From assembly GCA_005788075.1 (NCBI GenBank), contig SXZC01000112.1, positions 1 through 34,035 on the forward strand: DNA of 34,035 bases. The letters are read 5' to 3'. Of this stretch, positions 24,136 through 30,448 are shown piece by piece (position 1 is the first letter of the stretch; every line of letters starts with the position of its first letter). A model generated the notes under the pieces. That model was given only the letters and a program-made list of their open reading frames with translations, ran no database searches and had not been told where the DNA came from. The translations under genes and the position numbers were made by a program. Origin of the DNA: Actinomycetota bacterium (GTDB lineage Bacteria; Actinomycetota; Thermoleophilia; Miltoncostaeales; Miltoncostaeaceae).

Positions 24136-25130
24136 GGTTGAACGCGCTCACCTATGTCCTCGCCGCGATGATGGTCGTGGCGGCCACCGTCGTGTACGTG
24201 ACGTCCTTCGCGCTCGCGTCGGACATCAGCCTTCGCGTGGGCGTCGTGGTGCTGGGCGCCTTCGGGCTGGCGGGCATCTACCTCGCGGTGAGGTCGTCGC
24301 GGCCGGCGGCGCACCCGCGCTTCGTCGACGTGGCGTCCGGCCTCACATCGACCCTCGCCACGTTCTTCATGTCCCGCGACCTCGGGGTGCAGCCCGTGGC
24401 CGCGGCATCGGTTGTGCTGGTGACCGTCGGGCTCGCCGCGCAGCCGTTGGGCGTGGTGGATGCCCGCGCGGCCCGCGCGGCATTCGCCGGGGCGTTCGTG
24501 GGGCTCATCGGCCCGAGCATCACCGTTCCGTGGTACTGGGCGGCGCTCTCCGGCGCGATCGCCGGGCTCCTGTGGAGCATGATCGGCCCGTCCATCATGC
24601 CCGGCTTCGGGGGGCGCATCGGGCTCATGGCCTTCGCGAGCTCGGCGATCGCCTACCAGATCGCCGATTTCCTCGACGGCGCCGGCAACGTGGCGCTGCT
24701 CCCACCGACCGCGGGGCTGCCCACCTGGACGGTCGTCCCGGTGGGCGTGGCGGGCGCCCTCGTCACGTGGACGCTCTACAACCGCACGCGCCTCCATTAC
24801 GTGGCATGCGTGGGCATTCCCGCGCTCGCGGTGTCATCCGGTATCGCGGCGTCGCCGGGCCTCGGCAGCCAGGGCGCGGTGCTCGCCACCGCGTGGCTCG
24901 GTGGCGCCGCCCTGGCCGGCACCTCGCTCGAGCGACTCCCGAACGCTGCCTGGATCTTCGTGGCGGCGCTGCTCTATGCCGGGCTGATGGTGCGCTTCAC
25001 CGGGCCGGACCAGGGACATGCGGGAGTGATCGGCGTGCTGGCCTTCATCGGCGAGCTCGCCGTGTTCGCCCTGCGGCGCGTCCTGCAGCGCGTGGCGCCG
25101 TGGCTACCGGGAAAGCCGCGTGTGGCGTAG
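24132..25130 (+). CDS. polytopic membrane protein, uncharacterised family (paralogue B)
   Basis: Real part of ORF 23781..25130, from the in-frame GTG at 24132 (VRLNALTYVLAAMMVV). There is a GTGA overlap with the paralogue A stop. It is collinear with paralogue A (GAFVGLIGPSITVP, GLLWSMIGP, PGFGGRIGLMAF, RLPNAAW, GHAGVIG). Confidence 0.65.
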   Translation: MRLNALTYVLAAMMVVAATVVYVTSFALASDISLRVGVVVLGAFGLAGIYLAVRSSRPAAHPRFVDVASGLTSTLATFFMSRDLGVQPVAAASVVLVTVGLAAQPLGVVDARAARAAFAGAFVGLIGPSITVPWYWAALSGAIAGLLWSMIGPSIMPGFGGRIGLMAFASSAIAYQIADFLDGAGNVALLPPTAGLPTWTVVPVGVAGALVTWTLYNRTRLHYVACVGIPALAVSSGIAASPGLGSQGAVLATAWLGGAALAGTSLERLPNAAWIFVAALLYAGLMVRFTGPDQGHAGVIGVLAFIGELAVFALRRVLQRVAPWLPGKPRVA

Positions 25131-25388
25131 CAGGGTGGCGAGCCCCTGCTCGAGCTCCTGCGAGCACATGGTGCCGTCGGCCTGCTGGCACTGGCGCAGG
25201 CGCTCGCCGATGAGGTGCAGCCCCACCTGGTCGAGCGCGGCGGTCACCGCCGCGAGCTGAACGAGGACGTCCTCGCAGGCGGCGTCCTCGTCGAGCATGC
25301 GCTGCACGCCCCGCAGCTGGCCCTCGGCGCGCCGCAGGCGCACCATGATCTGCTCGCGCGTGGGCGGGGTGGATGCGGTGGTGGCCAC
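25104..25388 (-). CDS. CsoR/RcnR-family (DUF156) metal/thiol-sensing transcriptional repressor with a C-x-C (CstR-like) fingerprint
   Basis: ORF 25104..25388 (GTG). The core is RLRRAEGQLRGVQRMLDEDAACEDVLVQLAAVTAALDQVGLHLIGERLRQC. The two Cys are 29 residues apart, as in CsoR C36/C65. The position equivalent to the Cu ligand His61 (Cys+25) is Arg. Confidence 0.8.
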   Translation of the reverse strand: MATTASTPPTREQIMVRLRRAEGQLRGVQRMLDEDAACEDVLVQLAAVTAALDQVGLHLIGERLRQCQQADGTMCSQELEQGLATLLRHTRLSR

Positions 25389-25391
25389 GGC

Positions 25392-25640
25392 CTAGTGGCC
25401 CCCGCAGCCGCAGCCGCCGTGCCCGCATCCCCCAGATGAAGGGGCGGGAGCAGCTGAGGTGCCGCTCGCCACGGCGCCGGCCATCTGGGTGCTCGACCGC
25501 GCCGCCACGAACCCCGTGAACAGCTGCTCGGCGGGCTCCCCGCACGACGGGCACGCGCGGTCATCATCACGCAGGAAGCCCTGCCGGAACACCTCGAACC
25601 CGGTGCCGCACGCGCCGCACCGGAGGTCGTAGGTCGGCAT
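25392..25640 (-). CDS. FmdB-family zinc-ribbon protein with a Cys/Gly/His-rich C-terminal tail
   Basis: ORF 25392..25640. The sequence is MPTYDLRCGACGTGFEV...CPSCGEP, i.e. a CxxC...CxxC ribbon. The tail is GGCGHGGCGCGGH. It lies 4 nt after the trxA stop and 3 nt before the regulator's start. Confidence 0.8.
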   Translation of the reverse strand: MPTYDLRCGACGTGFEVFRQGFLRDDDRACPSCGEPAEQLFTGFVAARSSTQMAGAVASGTSAAPAPSSGGCGHGGCGCGGH

Positions 25641-25644
25641 GCCG

Positions 25645-25965
25645 TCAGCCGCCCAGGCCGAGCGCCTGCTCGATGCCGGCGCGCGGCATGGCGCCCACTG
25701 CGTTGCGCACCAGCTGGCCGTTCTCGAACAGCCCGATGAACGGGATGCCCTGGATGCCGTAGCGCTGCGCGATGTCCGGCGCGTCGTCCACGTTGACCTT
25801 GCCCACCACGATGTCCTCGCGGTCGGCGGCGATCTCGTCGATCACCGGGGCGATCATGCGGCACGAGCCGCACCACGGCGCCCAGAAGTCCACCACCACC
25901 GGCTTCTCGCTCTCGAGCACGAGCCCCTGGAAGGTGTCGCTGGTGATCTCGATGACCTCGCCCAT
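25645..25965 (-). CDS. trxA: thioredoxin (active site WCGSC)
   Basis: ORF 25645..25965. The sequence VVVDFWAPWCGSCRMIAPVIDEIA...GIQGIPFIGLFENGQ is a thioredoxin fold. A GAGGAG Shine-Dalgarno lies between the trxB stop and this ATG. Confidence 0.9.
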   Translation of the reverse strand: MGEVIEITSDTFQGLVLESEKPVVVDFWAPWCGSCRMIAPVIDEIAADREDIVVGKVNVDDAPDIAQRYGIQGIPFIGLFENGQLVRNAVGAMPRAGIEQALGLGG

Positions 25966-25977
25966 CTCGTCTCCTCG

Positions 25978-26946
25978 TCAGTCGGCGGACGCGCTCGCGC
26001 CCGCGTGGTCCCCGGCTCCGGCCTCCTGGGCCTCGAGCCATCTCTCGGCGTCGATCGCCGCCATGCAGCCGCTGCCCGCGGCGGTGACCGCCTGGCGGTA
26101 CACGGTGTCCTGCACGTCCCCGCACGCGAAGACGCCCTCGATGTTGGTGTAGGTGCCGCCCGGCGTGGTGCGCAGGTAGCCCTCGTCATCCATGTCGAGG
26201 AGCCCCTCGAAGAGCGACGTGTTGGGCTGGTGGCCGATGGCCACGAACATCGCCGCGGCCGGGATGACGTCCTCCTCGCCGGTCTCGACATCGCGCACCT
26301 TCACGCCGGTGACCACGGTGTCGCCCTCGACGTCCTCCACCACGGCGTTCCAGCGCACGGTGATCTTCGGGTTCTCGAGCACGCGCTTGGCCATGATGGC
26401 CGACGCGCGGAACTCATCGCGCCGATGCACGATGGTGACGCTCTCGCACATGCGCGTGAGGAAGAGGGCCTCCTCCATCGCGGTGTCGCCGCCGCCTACC
26501 ACGACAACCGGCTTGTCCTTGAAGAAGAAGCCGTCGCAGGTGGCGCACGCGCTTACCCCACGGCCCATCATGCGGGTCTCGCCCTCGATGCCGAGCCAGC
26601 GCGCCGAGGCACCCGTTGACACGATGACCGAGTTGGCCACGTACTCGTCGCCTCCCACCCATATGCGGAAGGGGCGCTCCGAGAAGTCCACGCGGCTGAC
26701 GTCGGCCGTGACGAACCGGGTGCCGAACCTCTCGGCCTGCGACCGGAACATCTGCATCATCTCCGGCCCCTGCACGCCGTCCGGGAATCCCGGGTAGTTC
26801 TCGACGTCGGTGGTGATCATCAGCTGCCCGCCGGCGCCGTACCCCTCGATCACGAGCGGCTCGAGCCCGGCACGCGCGGCATAGATCGCGGCCGTGAGCC
26901 CGGCCGGCCCGCTGCCGATGATGACCACCTCGTTCACATCGCCCAC
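25978..26946 (-). CDS. trxB: thioredoxin-disulfide reductase
   Basis: ORF 25978..26946 (GTG start, GGAGG about 9 nt upstream). Motifs are IIGSGPAGLTAA (FAD), CATCDG (redox disulfide), VVGGGDTAMEEALFL (NADPH) and GVFACGDV. Confidence 0.95.
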   Translation of the reverse strand: MGDVNEVVIIGSGPAGLTAAIYAARAGLEPLVIEGYGAGGQLMITTDVENYPGFPDGVQGPEMMQMFRSQAERFGTRFVTADVSRVDFSERPFRIWVGGDEYVANSVIVSTGASARWLGIEGETRMMGRGVSACATCDGFFFKDKPVVVVGGGDTAMEEALFLTRMCESVTIVHRRDEFRASAIMAKRVLENPKITVRWNAVVEDVEGDTVVTGVKVRDVETGEEDVIPAAAMFVAIGHQPNTSLFEGLLDMDDEGYLRTTPGGTYTNIEGVFACGDVQDTVYRQAVTAAGSGCMAAIDAERWLEAQEAGAGDHAGASASAD

Positions 26947-26979
26947 CTATACCCCCCCTCCGTATACCGGTAAACGGTA
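26947..26979. promoter_or_regulatory. candidate operator region just upstream of trxB (ATACCCC half-site plus overlapping inverted repeats)
   Basis: The plus strand reads ctatacccccccTCCgtataccggtaaacggtacc. It contains TATAC-n9-GTATA (26948-26966) and TACCG-n5-CGGTA (26965-26979). On the coding strand this reads GGTATACGGAGGGGGGGTATAG-GTG, so it overlaps the Shine-Dalgarno. Only one half resembles a CsoR-type ATACCCC/GGGGTAT site. Confidence 0.25.
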
Positions 26980-27053
26980 CCACGCCGCGCCACGGCCGCC
27001 CCGAAAGGGGTGGAACCCGGACGAACCCGCATCAGCAGCATCCCGCCCGACGA

Positions 27054-27079
27054 CCAAAGGCAGAGGCCGGGCGGCTCTG
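27054..27079 (-). terminator. weak intrinsic-terminator-like hairpin after the 27082 membrane-protein gene
   Basis: The minus strand directly after the TGA stop reads CAGAGccgcccggcCTCTG followed by CCTTTGG. The clean stem is only 5 bp and the T-tract is poor. Confidence 0.2.
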
Positions 27080-27081
27080 GA

Positions 27082-27678
27082 TCAACCACGTGAGATGGTG
27101 AACACCAGGCGGTTGCCGGCGCCCCAGGGGCGGCGGGCGGCCGCCCAGTACATGCGCTTCTCCTCGAGCTGGGTGCGCGCGATGCGCCGGGCGTCCTCGA
27201 GGGTGACGAAGCCCCAGGCGAGGAGCACGCCGATGACCACGCCCTCGGCGGTGCCGCCGCGGCCGAGCACCGCGACCAGGAACAGCAGGGTGGCTCCCGC
27301 CGAGATGAACAACAGGATGGCCACGATGGCGGCGAAGCTGCGCCAGTCGCCGGGCGCGGCGGCGAGCATGCGCCGGCCCTCGGCGGGTTGGGCGTCGGGC
27401 AGGCGGATCGACGGCAGGCCGCCCTTGCGCAGCCACACCCGCAGGATGGGGAAGAACACCAGGCCGGTGATGCCCGTCATCGCGATGAGCGTGCCGAGCC
27501 ACCACCACGACCAGCCGTCCTCCGACGTCGCCTCGAGGATGATCGAGACCACCACCAGCGCCACCGACACCCCGAGCAGCTGGATGCCGTACATGCGCGC
27601 CAGCCGGGCGTAGTCCCACAGCAGGTCGCGATCGCCCACGCGGATGGCCTTCGGGGTCTTGCGGGTCTTCCTCGCCAC
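27082..27678 (-). CDS. hypothetical membrane protein (about 4 TM)
   Basis: ORF 27082..27678 (GTG). The N-terminus is basic (MARKTRKTPKAIRVGDRDLLWDYARLARMYG), followed by hydrophobic helices. Third positions are G/C. No Shine-Dalgarno was seen, and the start is uncertain (alternative ATG at 27594). Confidence 0.5.
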   Translation of the reverse strand: MARKTRKTPKAIRVGDRDLLWDYARLARMYGIQLLGVSVALVVVSIILEATSEDGWSWWWLGTLIAMTGITGLVFFPILRVWLRKGGLPSIRLPDAQPAEGRRMLAAAPGDWRSFAAIVAILLFISAGATLLFLVAVLGRGGTAEGVVIGVLLAWGFVTLEDARRIARTQLEEKRMYWAAARRPWGAGNRLVFTISRG

Positions 27679-27700
27679 GGCGGGGAAGGCTAGCCCCCCG

Positions 27701-27721
27701 GACCCCCCCGGGGTATACCCT
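27701..27721. promoter_or_regulatory. candidate CsoR-family operator (C-tract/G-tract palindrome) overlapping a -10-like hexamer
   Basis: gACCCCcccGGGGTATACCCt. ACCCC-n3-GGGGT occupies 27702-27714. The perfect 10-bp palindrome GGGTATACCC occupies 27711-27720. TACCCT (27716-27721, a TAnnnT hexamer) lies 7 nt before the MFS GTG at 27729. The site sits in the 50-bp divergent gap between the 27678 and 27729 starts. Confidence 0.35.
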
Positions 27722-27728
27722 CGGCGAC

Positions 27729-29252
27729 GTGCGGGAGACCTTGCTGCCAGCGCGCCTGCGCGCGATCCGCGCTCGCCTGAGGGCGAGCCCGCGGTGGCGC
27801 TGGATGGCCATGACGGTCGTGGCGGGCGGGATGATGCTCTCGGTGCTGAACATCAGCATCGTCAACATCGCGCTGCCGGACATCTCGCGCGACTTCGACG
27901 CCGACATCTCGGCGGCCGGCTGGGTGGTGACGGGCTTCCTGGTGACCCAGGCGGTGCTGTTGCCCATCGCGGGACGCGCCGGCGATCTCTACGGCCGACG
28001 GCGCATCTTCGTGCTCGGCGTGCTCGTGATGGTGGTGGCGTCGGTGCTGTGCGCGCTGGCGTGGAACGAGCCCTCGCTGGTGGTGTTCCGCATCCTCCAG
28101 GGCGTGGGCGCGTCGGCCATGGCGCCCACCGCCTATTCGTACGCGACGATCCTCTTCCCGCCGAATGAGCGCGGGCTGGCCATCGGGGTGCTCACGGCGA
28201 TCATCACCGTGGCACCGGTGGTGTCGCTCAACATCGCGGGCGTGCTGGTGGGCATCTGGGGCTGGCGCAGCGTGTTCTGGTTCACGCCGGTGGTGGGCGC
28301 CCTGGTGCTGATCGGCGCCGCGCTCGTGATGCACAGGAAGCCGCCGGGCGCGAAGCGGCCCTTCGACCTCGCCGGCGCCGGGCTCGCGGCGCTCGGGTTG
28401 TTCCCCCTGCTCACGGCCCTCACCAGCGCATCGAGCTGGGGCTGGACCTCGGGCAAGACCCTGGCCATGGCCGCGCTCGGCGTGCTCGGCCTCGCGCTGT
28501 TCGCGTGGCGCGAGACCCGTGCGCCCGACCCGATGGTCGACCTCGGCCTGTTCCGCCTGCGCACCGTGCGCAACCCCAACATCGCCGGGTTCTGCGTGGG
28601 AGCCACGATGTTCGGCACGCTCCTGCTGCTGCCGTTCTACTTCACCGCCGTGCTCGGCTACAGCAACGTGATGCTCTCGCTGGCCATCACCCCGGTGGCG
28701 CTCTCGTTCATGGTGGGGTCGCCGATGTCGGGACGCCTGCTCACCCGCGTGGGCAGCGAACGCATGATGCGGGTGTCGCTCATCCTCGCCGTCTCGGGCG
28801 CCCTCGTGCTGGCCTGGGGATTCGGCTTCGAGGCCTACTACGCGGTGCTGCCCGGCATGGTGCTGCTGGCGCTGGGCCTCGCCACCTCGACGGCCCCGGT
28901 GACCACGACCGTCATCCACGAGGTGCCCGAGGACCGCCTGGGCGTGGCGTCGTCGCTCCCCAACGTGTCGCGCTACTCGGGTGGCGCGCTGGGTGGCGCG
29001 CTGCTCAGCACGGTGGTGGCAATGACGATCCCCGCCACCGTCACGGCCGAGGACGGCCTGGTGAGCGCCCCGCTTCGCGCGATCGTGTCGGACGGCATGC
29101 GGAACGCCCTGCTCGTGGGCGCGGTGATCCTGGCGCTCGGCGCCATCGCGGCCTTCCGCGTGCCGCGCGTGATCGGCCCCGGCGCCACGATCGCGGCGCG
29201 CGTGTCGGGCACGGGCACCGGGCCAGACCCCCGGGGCGGCGGCTCGCGATGA
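27729..29252 (+). CDS. MFS transporter, DHA2 (EmrB/QacA-like, 14-TMS) family
   Basis: ORF 27729..29252 (GTG). The sequence LSVLNISIVNIALPDISRDF...GRAGDLYGRRRIFVLGV...RILQGVGASAM carries DHA2 signatures, and the length fits 14 TMS. Confidence 0.85.
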   Translation: MRETLLPARLRAIRARLRASPRWRWMAMTVVAGGMMLSVLNISIVNIALPDISRDFDADISAAGWVVTGFLVTQAVLLPIAGRAGDLYGRRRIFVLGVLVMVVASVLCALAWNEPSLVVFRILQGVGASAMAPTAYSYATILFPPNERGLAIGVLTAIITVAPVVSLNIAGVLVGIWGWRSVFWFTPVVGALVLIGAALVMHRKPPGAKRPFDLAGAGLAALGLFPLLTALTSASSWGWTSGKTLAMAALGVLGLALFAWRETRAPDPMVDLGLFRLRTVRNPNIAGFCVGATMFGTLLLLPFYFTAVLGYSNVMLSLAITPVALSFMVGSPMSGRLLTRVGSERMMRVSLILAVSGALVLAWGFGFEAYYAVLPGMVLLALGLATSTAPVTTTVIHEVPEDRLGVASSLPNVSRYSGGALGGALLSTVVAMTIPATVTAEDGLVSAPLRAIVSDGMRNALLVGAVILALGAIAAFRVPRVIGPGATIAARVSGTGTGPDPRGGGSR

Positions 29253-30448
29253 CGCGCGGGTCGTACCTGGCGCTGGTCGCCCTGCTGGTGTTCACCATGG
29301 GCACCAGCATCATCACGCCGCTGCTGCCGCTCTACCAGGGCACCTATGAGCTGTCGAACGGCGTGCTCATGCTGCTGTTCGCCACCTACACGGCCACCGT
29401 GGTGCCCACCATGCTGCTGGCCGGGAACGCCGCCGACCGCCTGGGGCGCAAGCGGCTCGCCATACCGGCCATGCTCGTGATGACCGCCGCGTCGCTGGTG
29501 TTCTCGTTCACCGACTCGGTCCCGCTGCTGTTCGCGGGCCGCGTGCTGCAGGGGCTGGCCATCGGCATGTACCTCGGCGTGGGCACGGCGTTCGTCATCG
29601 ACCACGCCCGCCCGGGCGCCAAGGCCCTGGCATCGATGACGGCCGGGGCGGCCTTCCGCATCGGCTTCGGCCTCGGGCCGCTCATGGGCGGGCTCATCGC
29701 CCAGTACTGGGGCAATCCGCTGCACCGGCCGTTCGAGGTGCACGTGGTGCTCATGGTGGTCGGTCTCGCGTGCGTGCTGATCGCGCGCGAGACAGTGCCG
29801 CGGCGCCCCTACAAGTTCGAGATGCGCGTGGGCATCCCCAAGGGGCAGGGCCTCGGCTTCGCGGGCTTCATCGGGCCCGCCGCCTTCACCATGTCCTTCA
29901 TGGAGGGCACCGTGCTCTCGCTGGTGCCGCTCTTCCTCTACAACACGCTCGGCGCCACCAACGTGGCCATCGCCGGGCTCTGCGGGTTCCTCGTGCTCGG
30001 CCTCGGCGGCCTCACGCCGATCCTCACCAGGAACGTCGAGCCCCGGAGGGCGGTGATGATCGGGGTCTCGGTGTCGGCCGTGGTCACCTGGCTCATCGCC
30101 GCCGCGGCGTTCGCGGGGAGCGCCGCGCTGGTGGTGGTGGCCGCCGCGCTGCTCGGGTTCGTCAACGGGCTGATCCTCCAGGGCGGCACGGTGATCTGCG
30201 GCACGATCGTGCCGCTCGAGGAGCGCGGCAAGCTGATGTCGGCGCTCTACATGTGCGCGTACGCGGGCACGATCCCCACGGTGGGCCTCGGCTACCTGTC
30301 GCAGGCCATCGGCCTCACCAACGCGCTCATCGTGTTCAGCTGCATCGCCTGCGTGCTGGCCGCGTGGATCGTGCTCGTCGGGCGCCGGCTGTTCCCCCGG
30401 GTCATTCCGTACCGCGAGCCGATCACGATAGGTTCCCCGGCCGCATGA
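29249..30448 (+). CDS. MFS transporter (12-TMS)
   Basis: Real part of ORF 28505..30448, from ATG 29249 (MTRGSYLALVALLVFTMG). There is an ATGA overlap with the upstream stop. MFS motif A is GNAADRLGRKRLAI. Confidence 0.8.
   Translation: MTRGSYLALVALLVFTMGTSIITPLLPLYQGTYELSNGVLMLLFATYTATVVPTMLLAGNAADRLGRKRLAIPAMLVMTAASLVFSFTDSVPLLFAGRVLQGLAIGMYLGVGTAFVIDHARPGAKALASMTAGAAFRIGFGLGPLMGGLIAQYWGNPLHRPFEVHVVLMVVGLACVLIARETVPRRPYKFEMRVGIPKGQGLGFAGFIGPAAFTMSFMEGTVLSLVPLFLYNTLGATNVAIAGLCGFLVLGLGGLTPILTRNVEPRRAVMIGVSVSAVVTWLIAAAAFAGSAALVVVAAALLGFVNGLILQGGTVICGTIVPLEERGKLMSALYMCAYAGTIPTVGLGYLSQAIGLTNALIVFSCIACVLAAWIVLVGRRLFPRVIPYREPITIGSPAA

Noticed and set aside
25104-25130. 27-nt convergent overlap between the 3' ends of the CsoR-like gene and membrane paralogue B, considered as a possible regulatory antisense device
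   Set aside because: Short convergent 3' overlaps are common in compact high-GC genomes. The regulator's last residues (RHTRLSR) may be an unconserved tail. There is no independent evidence of function.
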